Assembly: GCF_006345805.1 (NCBI RefSeq)
Contig: NC_043011.1
Coordinates: forward strand, 40,002,464 to 40,066,463
Source: Octopus sinensis
Taxonomy: Eukaryota
DNA length: 64,000 nt
Reading direction: 5' to 3'
Below the pieces are notes generated by a model. That model ran no database searches. It was given only the letters and a program-made list of their open reading frames with translations, and was not told the origin of the DNA. Below are positions 49,919 through 63,419 of this stretch, in pieces. Position numbers and translations under genes: made by a program. Each line of letters opens with the position of its first letter. The stretch's first letter is position 1.

Positions 49919-52274
49919 CACACACATTCACATATATATCTTTTTACCTTTTACTTGTTTCAGTGATTAGACTGTGGCCATGCTGGGGCACTGCCTGTAA
50001 GAAATTTTAGTCAAATGAATCAATCCCGGTACCTATTCTTTTTTTTAAAGCCTGGTACTCTTTTGCTGAACTGCAAAGTCACACCGGTTGTCAAGCAGTG
50101 TTGGGGGACAAAAACCCATCCCAACTGACTGGCATCAAGTCACTCACAGATGCACCCTAGCTTCACCTGTGCACTGTCTTTCAATAATAATGGCCTCAGC
50201 TCCTCAAAGCAGGCTGGGCTTGTGACACCTCTACTCCAGACACTCCTTTCTTACTCATCTCTTCCCATCACTCTCGTTGAGTCCAACCCTCATCATGCCC
50301 AATCCTTCCTTCCTAGAATGTTGGTCAATGAAATTCCCTCTCTGTTGATATCTTTCTTGTAGAAATGTTGACTTAATAAGGTTCGGAAAGAACAATAATA
50401 TCTTCAGTTTTATTCCACTAGCCAAGAAAGCCCTTGCTGAGGCAAAGGGCACTGCCCTTTCCTCCAGACCCAGCATGTAAAAAAAGAAGTAAAACTTCCT
50501 CCATTTCTGAAAGAGGGTGGTTACAAGTGGTCTTCCATGACCCTTCTCATGGCACACTGTAACCTATTCAGAGAGAGAGGGTGGGGCAGGGGAGATATCT
50601 GGGGCCTTACTTACTGACCGTCCACCTCAAAAAGATGAAAGGCAATGTTGACTTCTGTGCAATTTGAACTCAGAGCAGGAACAACTAAAGTGAGGCATTC
50701 TACCATTTCACCACCCTAGAACTCTGACAAGGAACTGAGGACCCAAAGCAAGGCAATATCCTACAATTACATTATCCAACATGTCCTTTATTTCACCAAG
50801 ACAATATGCTGTAATTTAAAGGAGGTTTGGCTGCTATTTCTCCCACCTGATCAACCACCTGGAGGTGTTTGTGATTGGCTCATGTTTTAAGCAAGGTTGA
50901 AGCTGTAGCTCGTAGAAGCAAGATGATATGCTAAACAAACAAGAGATACATGTAAGAATTTGGTAAGTGTTGCTAAGTGATTCCTTAATTTACTTCAGAC
51001 CAACTGATTTGCTCAAAGACAGCAAAGCAATGAGAGTTTGGTATTTTGATGAGAATAACAAATGAAGGTGGATTCAGTTTGTGAGAGTAAAGTGAGTAGG
51101 TTTTGTGCAGTTCACACATAGATGGATGTACATATTTACATACACACACGTAATAATATACAATAACACTAAAAGATGAAAGGCTAAAGAATGTCGTCAA
51201 GATTGTAAAACAAAAATGTACAAAAATCAACCAAAAAGCAACAGCAAAATATAATAAAAAAAAACATAATCCCAGATATACCTTTATGAATATATACCTA
51301 CCCATCTCAATCTCTCTGTCTCCCTCTCTCTCCTCTCTCTCTCTCTATCTTTCCCTCTCTATCACATACACAAACATCAAAGATGTGTTGTGTTTTGAGC
51401 AGAAATGTCAGAATAACCCAGATAATGAAGAGTTAGGAGGCAGTTGTTTTTTTGATGTTGTTGTTGTTGTTGTTGTTGTTGCAGTTAAGGTGGTTGATGT
51501 TGAGTTAGGGGATGGTTGATGTCAGATTGTTGTCGAGGAGTGATATATAAATACATGTAGTGGTAAAATATTTTCTGTCAACATAGAAGATCAGCATGAA
51601 ACAATCTTCTCCATTTAGCACAGTTCGTATAGGAAAGAGGAGGAGGAGGAGGCAGAGGATCTGAGTACAAAGCAAGGGTAACAGGTTCAAACCTAGACGT
51701 TACGAGAGTGTGTGTGCAAAAGAGAGAAATGGGAAAGCGAGTGTACATATGGTTTTGGTTTCAGTCCCACTGAGCAGCACCTTGAGCAAGTGTTTTCTAC
51801 TATAGCCCCTAGGCTGATCAATGCCTTGAGTAAATTTGGTAAATGTGTGTGTGTGTTATGAGAATTTTGGTGTTTGTCTCTCATCAACTGTTTGACATCT
51901 GGTGTTGGTTTGTTTATGTCCCTTTAATGTAGTGGTTCAGCAAAAAGGAACTGATAGAAAAAAACCAGACTTAAAAACCAAGTGAAGGAGTCAATTTGTT
52001 CAACTACACCCTGCAAGGTGCTGCTCCAGCATAGCTGTAGTCTAGTCCACTGCCCCTAACAAGCAAAGGAAATATATGAGAAAGAGAGAAATAGGAGACG
52101 AAATGTGCATATGTGCATGCATGTATGTAGAGTTTCTTTAGAATCCACACTTGCTTCTAACAGTAAAAAGCACATTTTCAGTGTTACACCTGAACAGTAC
52201 AGCAATCATCTCTGTAAGGGCACCATCACCACCACAAACGAGCAATAAATGAGAGTATTAATTACAAGTCCTAA

Positions 52275-52815
52275 ATCATTGTCATTTTAACGTCCACTTT
52301 TCATGCTGGCATGGATTAGATAGTTTGACTGGAACTGCATTGGAGAGCCACACTAGGTTCCAGTCTGATTTGGCAGTGTTTCTACAGCTAGATGCCCTTC
52401 CTAATGCTAACCACTCCAAGAGTGTAATGGGTGCTTTTTACGTGCCACTGGCACAGGTGCTATTTACATGACCCCGGTGATGGCCATGACTACAGTTATG
52501 CTTGGCTCAACAAGTCTTCTCAAGCACAGCATATTGCCAAAGGTCTCGGTCAAATGTCGTTGCCCAGCATTCAAAGATCATGCATCACCACCTCGTTCTT
52601 CACCTCCATGAGGCCCAACATTTGAAGATCAGGCCATCAGCAATGGCCACGATTATGATTTCACTTGGCTTGATGCGTCTTCTTCTCAAGCACAGCATAT
52701 CGCCAAAGGTTTCGGTCACTAGTCATTGTCTCTTCAAGGCCCAACATTTGAAGATCAGGCTACTGGCAATGGCCATGATTATGATTTTACGAGTGTCATT
52801 TACATGACACCAGCA
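52275..52815 (-). mobile_element. RTE-type 3' end with duplicated ORF2-end segment
   Basis: Two copies of ttctcaagcacagcatat(t/c)gccaaagg. Confidence 0.75.
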
Positions 52816-53539
52816 ACAGCCAAGACATCTAGGATGGAATTCTAAGACACTGTTTACAACCAGTGAACACACCGGATGATGAAGGAAAACAAAAATTCAC
52901 TCAAACAAACATACATAATTCTCATTATCATCATTTTAATGTCCGCTTTTCCATGCTTGCACAGGTCAGACAGAGTTTATTGATACAATTTTTCTAAGGC
53001 CAGACATGTTTTTGCAGAATATTGATTTTTTGCAAACAACTTACAGATGCAAGTGCTGTTTTGGGGCCTTCATCTCAACAGCATTGCTGCACACCAGCCC
53101 CACCTCACAGAGATGAAGCCTGGTTTGCTAAATCAATTGGTTATTAGGTTTCACTCAATATTCTTCTCGCCATTGCTCATTGTCTCTTTGTAATCAAATC
53201 CAGTGCCTTGCCTTCTCCACTGTAGTCTGGATATCATTCATGGTGCTATTTGCTTTATGATGAGTTAGGCCTTCACAAGAAGACACAACCACGCATGCAT
53301 ACATAAAACACATACAAGATGAGCTTCTTTTAGTTTCTACTGATCAAATCTATTCACAAGGCTTTGGTTAGACCAAGGCTATAACAGACACTTGCTCAAG
53401 TTTTCATCAAAGGAATACCCTTGATTACAGGTATGTTTTGACTAAGGCTGAACTGGGGCTAAACAATAAGCAAAAAAGGTTAAAAGGTGTATCAAGTGGT
53501 GTATTTAGAATGTGACAAACAATGAAAAAAAGGTCTTAC

Positions 53540-53687
53540 CCGTTTCAGTATCCCAGAGTTTACAATATCTGTCATAGGCACAGCTGAGGAAACTGGTGCC
53601 ATCGTTATTGAAGCAAATGTCCCTGACTGCTTGTTTATGTCCCAAGTATGTCCTCACACACCGACGTTGATTGTACACTTCCCAAAT
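53540..53687 (-). CDS. CDC40: CDC40 exon ([49 protein letters not shown]); most 5' CDC40 exon found in the window
   Basis: PRP17 WD40 repeat; ttgtag acceptor, gtaaga donor, phase 0/1. The preceding exon was not found up to 64000, so that intron exceeds 10 kb. Confidence 0.96.
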
Positions 53688-53739
53688 CTACAATGCAAGA
53701 TGATATTAATAATAATAATAATAACAATAATAATGATCA

Positions 53740-53855
53740 AAAAAGGAACTGAAAATTATTTTAAAATGATCCCTGGTTTACCATCCATGCAGGAAGTTCA
53801 AAAGATTGTCTTAACTGGTATGTCACTCGTACTGAGAAGAGTACTATCGCTGTGA
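53740..53855 (+). mobile_element. Extreme C-terminus of an RLE-type LINE (IPGLPSMQEVQKIVLTGMSLVLRRVLSL*)
   Basis: Resembles the LQK.ALL.TA.ILR.VL terminus of R4/Dong-type proteins. Confidence 0.6.
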
Positions 53856-53927
53856 TTTTTCTTTCTCCCCCGCCCCCATTATTTTCTTTGTTTTTACATT
53901 TTCATTATATATATGATTTAAGTTCGT

Positions 53928-54125
53928 TTAACCCTTTCGTTACTATATTTCTGACCAAAATACACCCCTTATGTGTTTCAATTAATTTCTAACATAATCA
54001 TAAATTTAGTCTGATATTCTCATTTAAATATGAATAGGTAAATACGGGCGGGTTTGGGCGGTTTGGTCACATTAACCAAAATTTTTTTCGGGCGGCTTTG
54101 GGTGGTTTGGTAATGAAAGGGTTAA
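53928..54125. mobile_element. TTAA MITE with CCCTTTCGTTAC/GTAATGAAAGGG TIRs
   Basis: TTAA on both sides. Confidence 0.8.
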
Positions 54126-54484
54126 GGAAAACACTTTCAATATGTAGATAAAAGTTGCTATTTTATTATTCCCGTTACAGCCTAATGATGCCAACTGGCA
54201 ATACCAGTTTTTGGGAACTGCACTGAGCTCATCATCATCATCAATATCGTTTAATATCCGTTGTCCATGCTGGCATGGGTTGGACAGTTTGACTGGGGGC
54301 TGGCAAGCCAGAAGGCTGCACCAGGCTCCAGTCTGATCTGGCAGTGTTTCTACAGTTGGATGCCCTTCCTAATGCCAACCACTCCAGGGTGCCTTTTACG
54401 TGCCTCCAGAAGCCAGTCAGGTGGCACTGGCAATGACCCATGCATGCAGAGTACTTATTGCATGCCACCAGCACAGGAGCCGTG

Positions 54485-56040
54485 CCAATATAATGTAGGA
54501 TAAATATAGCAATAACAATAATAGTTCTTGGATGGAACTTTTAAATATTTCAATGCATTGCTACACATGTTTCCACAAATCACATGTTTCTCAGGATCAT
54601 AGTCCATATTCCTGGGATGATTACAGTACAGTCTGTGTAGTATCCATGGACATCGGATAGGTCATGTTCATACATTCGTGTCTTCAGGGCAAAATTGCAT
54701 CAATGCATGTTTAACTGAGGGTTGTTTACCAATTTTGACCAATGAAAAGGTTGATTGGGATATGTGAGGTGGGAAGAAAGGAAGGAGTGGTAGTTACAAG
54801 GAGTGGAGGTGTGTGTGGTGATGTTGGACTCATTTTGCTATTTGAGTATGCTGATTTCAGGATGGGTGGTTTAGTTTAACCTTATTCACAGCAGGCCCCT
54901 CCTCAATGAATACAAAGAAGTCAGGTAAACAAGTTGACAAACGATACTTTCTTAAAATGATTTTTTAATTACTTATGGTGGTATAATGGTATAGCATATA
55001 CCATTATAGAGGTTATTTTGTTCAGTTGTTTGTGTTCTTCCCTTGTTCTGTTATATGCTAAAGGCAATCAGCATTTTCCTATTTTCCTATGCTATACCAT
55101 TATACCACCATAAGTAATTAAACGGTCATTTCAAGAAAGTATAATTTGTCAACCCAGGCAATGAACTTCAACAACTACATGGTTGTAGTGGCTGTACTTG
55201 CTGACCTGACTACTTCTGAATTCAATGAGGAGGGGCCAGCTATGAGTAAGATCAAACAAAAGAACCATACTACCCATCAGGACATCTGCACCCTCAAATA
55301 GCAAAATACCATATTTGATGGCCTATAAGATGCATGAGTGCATAGGACACACCCTAGACTCAGCTATGCTTTTGTAACATAAATTACCACTAAAATAATA
55401 TTTTAATTCCTCCACTTATCTGTATAACTTTATGTTATTACCAGTAATTATAATCAATTTATTGCATCTACATTCGATATAAACATACCGTAGGCAACTA
55501 TTCTCCCAAAAATGGCAACACATGTTTTGTAAACATGCATATGGTTTTGAGCGAGTTTCGAACCTACATTGAATGCAATGGATGCAGGAGGATTTTAAAA
55601 GCCATTTTGGGTAAAAAAAAAAAGTGCATCTTATAGGCCATCAAATACACAGTAAGTCCAACATCACCACACACAACACACACACCTCCACCTCTTTATA
55701 ACTACCATTCCTTCCTTTCTTTCCATCATCTTCCAGCCCTCCCCACCAAATATACTCAGAAATGCCCACATACCCAAATCAACCTTTCCATTGGTCAAAA
55801 TTGGTAAACAACCCTCAATTCAACATCCATTAATGCCATTTCACCTGAAGAAATGAATGCATGAATATGATCTACCTGAGGTCCATGGATACTACAGAAT
55901 GCATTGTAATCATCCCAGGAATACGGTCTATGATCTTAAGAAACATGTGATTCGTGGAAATGTGTGTAGCAATGCATTAAAATATTGATAAACTCCATCC
56001 AAGGATTATTATTGTAATTACTATTTGTACATATATTGCA
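54485..56040. repeat. Large foldback (arms about 54485-54998 and 55088-56040) interrupted by a MITE
   Basis: Arm-to-arm alignment visible over about 500 bp; innermost 33 bp are perfect. Confidence 0.85.
55307..55653. mobile_element. Tc2/pogo-like MITE with TA target site
   Basis: TIRs tatttgatggcctataagatgca / tgcatcttataggccatcaaata. Confidence 0.8.
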
Positions 56041-56510
56041 TCAAGAGGTGCCGATCTCTAATTGCAGAGGGAACACGTGGAAGGGGTAGACCCAGGAAGA
56101 TGTGGGATGAAGTGGTGAGAAAGGATCTACAAATGTTGGGACTCACAGAGAGGATGACAGGGGACCGAGACTCTTGGCAGTTGGCTGAGCTTGAAAAGCC
56201 ATGTCACGCTAAGTAAAAGCATGGTTGCCTTTGCATACAGGCTCATTCCCTGCACCCCTCCCCCCGAACATCCCTAATCTTGCGGACTCATAAATGCTGG
56301 TGCCTCATAAAAAGCACCCATACCAGTGTTGCATAAAAGCACCCTGTACACTCTGTAAAGTGGTTGATATTGAGAAGGGCATCCAGCCACAGAAACCATG
56401 CCAAAACTGACATGGAACCTGAACAGTCCTTCAGCTGGTCAGCTTCTGTCAAACCGTCCAACCCATGCCAGCATGGAAAACATGCTAAATGACGTTGATG
56501 ATGATACATA
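56040..56510 (+). mobile_element. RTE-type 3' end
   Basis: EGTRGRGRPRKMWDEVVRKDL..LGLTE.MT.DRD.W peptide; (GAT)n tail. Confidence 0.8.
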
Positions 56511-56984
56511 CATATAAATATTTATTCTTTTGCTGAGTTACAATAAAATCTATTTAACATTAAAGAATTATTCAATAATTTTTGTAGAGTACATAGTTAT
56601 TATACTTTTATACTTATAGGAGTGACAGTCACTTCAAAGTTTCAGACTATTAGCTTTCAGTTTTATGAAGGTTAGCAGGCCAAACATTTCGAAGTTACTG
56701 TTAACCCGCTTCTTGTAAAAGTATTGTGAGTGTGTGTATGCATGGGTTTGGAAATACAACCAGGAAAATAGAGCTCAAAACATGAGTATGACAACAACAT
56801 CACATTGTCCTCTTCCTCTGTTTTCCATGCTAGTATGGGTTGGAAGGTTTGATCACAGCTGGCAAGCAGGAGAGCTGCACCAGGTTCCAGTCTGATTTGG
56901 CCAAGTTTCTACGGCTCAATGCCCTTCTTAGTGCTAACCACTTTACAGTATGCTGGGTACTCTTAACATGGTTGCCTTTGCATA

Positions 56985-57215
56985 AGGCAGCGAGCTGGCA
57001 GAAACATTTGCACACCGGGCGAAATGCGTAGCCGTATTTCATCTGCCGTTACGTTCTGAGTTCAAATTCCGCCGAGGTCGACTTTGCCTTTCATCCTTTC
57101 GGGGTTGATAAATTAAGTACCAGTTACGCTCTGGGGTCGATATAATCGACTTAATCCGTCTGTCTGTCCTTGTTTGTCTCCTCTGTGTTTAGCCCCTTGT
57201 GGGTAGTAAAGAAAT
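56985..57215 (+). mobile_element. SINE family C, young copy
   Basis: aaggcagcgagctggcagaaac...gaggtcgactttgcctttcatcctttcgggg; CpGs intact. Confidence 0.85.
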
Positions 57216-57379
57216 CGGTGCTGACATGAGTACTTTTCTCAATTTGCAGAAGTTACAAAATGACAAGGGCCAAGAGTTCTGTGTTTTGGTAAAATACAAA
57301 TGCATGAAACTCTTAGCCCTTAAGTCACTTGGTAACTCCTGACAATTAAATAAATAAACATACATGTATATTTATATTT

Positions 57380-57765
57380 AGGTGGAGGAGTGGCTGTGTG
57401 GCAAGTAGCTTGCTTACCAACAACATGGTTCTGGGTTCAGTCTCACTGTGTGGTACCTTGGACAAGTGTCTTCTACTATAGCCTCGGGCCAACCAAAGCC
57501 TTGTGAGTGAATTTGGTAGACAGAAACTGAAAGAAGCCCGTTGTATATATGTATATGTACATATATGTGTGTGTGTGTCGCTTGACAACCGATGCTGCTG
57601 TGTTTGTGTCCCCATAACTTAGCGGTTCAGCAAAAGAGACCGATAGAATAAGTACTAGGTTTACAAAGAAGAAGTCCTGGGGTCAATTTGCTCGACTAAA
57701 GGCAGTGCATGGCCGCAGTCAAATGACTGAAACAAGTAAAAGAGTAAAAGAGAGTAAAGAGTATA
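57380..57765 (+). mobile_element. SINE family A, full length
   Basis: Head-to-tail match; another copy at 61740-62075 on the minus strand. Confidence 0.88.
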
Positions 57766-58815
57766 TAAATAAAGTATAAGACAAGAAGCCAGAAACCTGT
57801 TCTACTCTAACTGTTTCTCTCATATGTTTATACCTACCATCTAGTATAAAGCTGCCCCACACTTGGCGTTTGTGGTCTTACAAACTGCATTGTGACCTCA
57901 CTGGTGTTAGTGGCACATAAAAAGCACCCAGCATATGCTGTAAAGTGGATGGCATTAGGAAAGGTATCTAGTCATAAGAACTATGCTAAAACAGACACTG
58001 GACAACAATGCAGTCCCTGCAGTAAGATAAACAGACAGGCACAATCAGAGAGAGATACAAATCGATAAGTAGAGAGATAATTATGTTAATGTGGAAATAT
58101 TTAGTATGTGGAGCATCAAGAAAAAAAAAATGTGTTGTGAGGAAAACAAATCTTATTTGCCAATGATTAATATTATTTCTCCTTTTCCTGGCAAGTATGG
58201 GTGACAACCCTGACCATTTATCAGCCTTGTTCCAACCTCCTCAGGAAAATCCTAGATAACACTGCACATGCTAAATCAGTGACGAATGATTCACTAGATA
58301 AATGTGTGATAATGCACATTTGTTGATGGCAGAAGAAGAAATTGGTTTGACATTGAATAATTTAGAGACACCAGCTGCTGGAGAAAACATTAAGTAAATT
58401 AACAGTAAAGTGTTTAATAAATGGAAGCAATAACAAGGTAAATAGTGGAAGAAAGCAAGACCTTTGGTTAACCCTCAAATAAATTTGGTTATATTATGAT
58501 AGAACAAATGTCTTCGTCAAACAACTTGTATCGTTTCCCCAACAATTAAAGAGTTTGCTTCAGATAAAAAAGAGAAAAGAAAGCAACTACATTTATCTTT
58601 ATACCAATTTTATTCCGCCTCCTTATCATGATGTATTCAGGAGTTAGGAAACTTATCTCACAATTGTATAGTTCACATAGTAAGAAACACTATTTCTTGC
58701 TTTGGAAAGATTTTGTTTTTAAATTGATAAAAGAAACACTGTGTGAATTTAATAAAAAAAAAAATTATACGAAAAGTCTTTTGAGCCATTTGCAGAATAA
58801 TTAAAAGCAACTACA

Positions 58816-59665
58816 TCATCATCGTTTAACATCTGCTTTCCATGCTAGCATGGGTTGGATGATTTGACTGAGGACTGGCGAACCAGATGGCTGCACCAGG
58901 CTCCAATCTGATCTGGCAGAGTTTCTATAGCTGGATGCCCTTCCTAATGCCAACCACTCCAAGAGTGTAGTGGGTGCTTTTACGTACCACTGGCATGAGG
59001 GCCAGTCAGGTGGTACTGGCAATGGCCATGCTCAAATGGTGTTTTTTACGTGCCACCTGCACAGGAACCAGTCTAGCGGCACTGGCAATGACCTCACTCA
59101 AATGTTGTTCTTCACATGCCAGTAAGGCAATGCTGCTAACGATCATGCCTGAATGGTGCTTTTTACGTGCCACCGGCACAGAAGCCAGTCAGCTGCTCTG
59201 GCAATGATCACACTCGGATGGTGCTCATAGCAATCCACTAGCACAGATGCCAGTCGTCAAATTTGATTTCAATTTTGATTTCACTTGCCTCAACAGGTCT
59301 TCGCAAGCAGAATTTAGTGTCCAATGAAGGAAAGGTACGCATAAGTGGGCTGGTTACACCCCTGACATAGGTCATGGGTTATGATCTCACTTGGCTTACC
59401 AGGTCTTCTCAAGCACAGCATATTTCCAACGGTCTCAGTCACTAGTAATTGCCTTGGTGAGGCCTAACGTTCAAAGGTCATGCTTCACCACCTCGTCCCA
59501 GGTCTTCCTGGGTTTACCTCTTCCACAGGTTCCCTCAACCGCTAGGGTGTGGCACTTTTTCACACAGCTATCTTCATCCATTCTCGCTACATGACCATAC
59601 CAGCGCAGTCGTCTCTCTTGCACACCACATTTGATACTTCTTAGGTCCAACTTTTCTCTCAAGGT
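58816..59665 (-). mobile_element. 5'-truncated RTE LINE: ORF2 C-terminus plus 3' UTR with 66-bp units
   Basis: REKLDLRSIKCGVQERRLRWYGHVARMDEDSCVKKC..VEGTCGRGKPRKTWDEVVKHDL; links the 66-bp arrays to the RTE ORF. Confidence 0.9.
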
Positions 59666-61119
59666 ACTTACACTCTGTCAAGTATGCACATATATATATA
59701 TATATATATACATATATATATTTATTATAGGTTGGTGCATAATTATTGAACCTGGGACTATGTGGTTGCAAAGCAAACTTCTTACCACACAGCCATGCTT
59801 GCACCTAAGGATAATCATCACCATGCTTTAATGACCATGTTGGCACAGGTTGGATAGTTTGATAGTTTGAAATGAGTCAGAGTAGTGCATTATGCACCAA
59901 TCTCTGCTTTGGCATGGTTTCAACAGGTGAAGGCCTTTCCTAACACCAACCACTTAGTGCTTTTTTTTCTTTTCTTTTTTCATGGAATCAGCATTAATGG
60001 AGTTGCCGTGGAGCCAGGTTGCAAGACTAAGATCTCTTTCAACTGAGAAAGAGACAGATTTATACTAGGGGATGAGCAGTTAAAGTATGAAAGAAGGGGT
60101 CTGAACTGGTTTCTTGCAGTGGAGGAGATACGTAGCTACTATCTTTAAGTGTGTGTGTGTGTGTGTTTGATGTAACTTTTTAACCTTTTAGCATTCATAT
60201 TACTCTGCTTATTTATTCACATTATTTTGAATTACAGTGTATAAGGAACCCCTAATTTGGGGGGCTTAAAATTTGGAAGAAAGGTTTTGTAAGGGATTAT
60301 AATATGATCCCTCTATAAGAAACTCCCATATTTTTTTAACCTAATTCTTGACAAAAGAGGGTTTCTTATACACGTTAAAATACAGTAATCAGGAGTTATC
60401 TTGTAGCTTTGCGATTCTGATGATGTCACTGATTATTTTCAGAATGACATTGTAGGGTAGGTGTGAGAGGCTGGATCTGGTTGGTCTGAACTTCAAACAT
60501 GTAGAATATTTGGGAAGGATAAGGGCGGTTTAAATGGTAAAGGTTTAAAGAAGCATTTAAAGAGATAGAGAGTGAGATAGTATGACACCCACCCCTGCTA
60601 GAAAAACAGAAACTTAAGATAAAAACAGAAAGCTGGAAGAAAGTTATTAAAGAGATCGGTAATGGGAGAAATAGAAGTAAGGTGAGAAAGCAGGAGAGTA
60701 CAAGAAAACAAACAAACAAACACACACATCAACAATGTCTCCCTCCAAGTGTATAAATATAACATGTGGACACACCCATGAATGCAAATAGACAGTGAGA
60801 CAAACACACAGACATATATGTGGATAAGCTGAAGGGCACACAGACTGATGGATACACATCCATACATGCATGTTTGCACGCATGCACACACACAAATACA
60901 AAAAACAATGGGTTTTCTTAGAGACCTGTTATATTCAGAAGCAGCAATGCAGGGCAGAGGAAAATGTTATCTGAGAAAAGATTATAATTAAAACACATAC
61001 ATACCATACATACACACACATAACATAAATACATACATATACATACAACCCATACATACAGAACACACACACACATGCACATACATACAGAACACACACA
61101 CATGTACACAAACAGGTAT

Positions 61120-61345
61120 ATGTACATACCATACATACACACATAAATACATACATATCATTTAAGCCATGCAAGTATGGAAGAGGTGATGATCACACAC
61201 ATACACACACAGAGAACACACACACATACAGAACACACACATGTACTTAAATAGATATATATGTACATACCATACATACACACAAATAAATACATACATA
61301 TCATTTAAGCCATGCAAGTATGGAAGAAGTGATGATCACACACAC
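61120..61345. repeat. ~143-bp tandem duplication within a CA/CATA microsatellite field
   Basis: tcatttaagccatgcaagtatggaaga at 61158 and 61301. Confidence 0.8.
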
Positions 61346-63419
61346 ACACACAAACACTAATATATATATGCTGCCGTAGCAGTAGGTTAAAAATAATTAT
61401 CACAGCAGAATAAAGACAGGTATGTATGAGAGTGAGGTATGTTACTAAGCAGAAAGCCAACACAGTTTTGCAGGAAGTGCATAATAATTTTAAAAACAAA
61501 AACAAAAAAAAAAGTTAAAGAGTTAAGAAATCAAGAAAGCAAATCTTTACAAACTTCAACAGCTACTAATATCGCAAACCACCTCAGCTTTCTCTATGGA
61601 ACTTATCTTTGCAACAAGTACTCATGTCTGTCATACATATATGATGCACAAATGAAATGCTTATTTAGTTGCATTGAAATGAAACTAGTCATGCATGATG
61701 CATGACCTCACAGCTTTGAGATTTCAATGGTGTGATTATTCTTTTACTTGTTTCAGTCATTTGACTGTGGCCATGCTGGAGCACGGCCTTTAGTCGAGAA
61801 AATCGTCCCCCCAGGACTTATTCTTTGTAAACCTAGCACTTATTCTATTGGCTTCTTTTGCCAAACCACTAAGTTACGGAGACGTAAACACACCAACATC
61901 GGTTGTCAAGCAATGGTAGGAGACAAACACAGACACACAAACATACATGCATATATTTATGTATAGATATATATATATATACAACAGATTTCTTTCAGTT
62001 TCCATCTACTAAATCCACCCACAAAGCTTTGGTTGGCCCAAGGCTACAGTAGAAGACACTTGCCCAAGGTGGTACATAGTAGGGTAAGTGTAGAGGCCGG
62101 AACTGGAACAGTTTGAAGATAAAACATAGGATTATTTATAGCAGGTTCAACTGATTGACATGTGTTTGCAGCAAAGACTGGTTCCATAGAGAAAGTGGTG
62201 TGGCTTGTGATATCTGTAGCTGTTGAAGCAGCTGGTTAAGTGAACTGTGTGTGGGGCCTAATGGTTAGGGTGATGCACTCATGATCGCAAGATCACGGTT
62301 TCAATTCCTGGACTGGAAGGACAGTGCATTGTGTTCTTGAGCAAAACACTTCATTCCATGTTACTACAGTACATGAGCAACCCTGCGATAAACTGGCATC
62401 CTATTCAGAGCAAATGTGATCTCGATATCATGGAACCAGGTAATCAGCGCTATGTGACCCAGGACTTAAGACAGTAATATTGAGGGGATGATGATGATGT
62501 AGCTGGGAATAATCTGAACAGATTCATCATTATCACTGTTTAAATTCCCAGTTTTTCCACGCTAGCATGGGTTAGACAGAATTCGTTGGGGACAGTTTCT
62601 CCATGGATGGGTGCTCTTCCTATCACCAACCTTCATCTGTTTTTAAGGAAGTTAATATCCCCCTGCAGCTGAACATATTTGCATGGAAGAATGGAACAAA
62701 ACACTGTTTGTATGAAAGTGGCATTTGTCAAGAGGTGGGGGCGGTGCTGTGGGTGCACAAACACAGACGCACATACCCATACATATATGATGCACATATA
62801 CATATATTTATATATATCCTGGCCACAGCGGAGAAGGCAAAACACTGGATTTGGTTAAAAAGAGACGATGAACAATGGCTAGAAGTATACTGAGAGAAGT
62901 GCAATAACCAGTTGATCTGGCAAGCGGGGTCTCATCTCAGTGAGTAGGGCCAGTGTGCAATAATATCATTGAGACAAAGGCCCTAAAATGGCACAGATTT
63001 TCTCCTGATGAATCCATAAACATGCTTGTGGAGCGTTTGCCTGGTAGCACTTGTATCTGCAAGTTGTTGGCTTCTGTCCACTAAATTCACTCACAACACT
63101 TTGGTCAGCCTGGAGACGGGGCAATAGTAGAAGACAACTTGCTCAAGGTGCTATGTAGTGGAAATGAACCCAAAACTGTATGGTTGCCAAGCAAGCTTTT
63201 TAATCACACAGCAATACCTACACTCTATATTATTTGCCTTTAGCAATCAAACTAGCCATATCTGGCCCAAATATTTTATCTGTTACTTTTTTTTCTTTTT
63301 GTTCAAACTGGCCAGGTTTAGCCTCTTATATCTACTCTACCTTGTCATTCTAAAAATAAGCTATTATATCATTGAAATCTCAAAACTATGAGATAATTTA
63401 CAACTAATTCAAAGCAATC

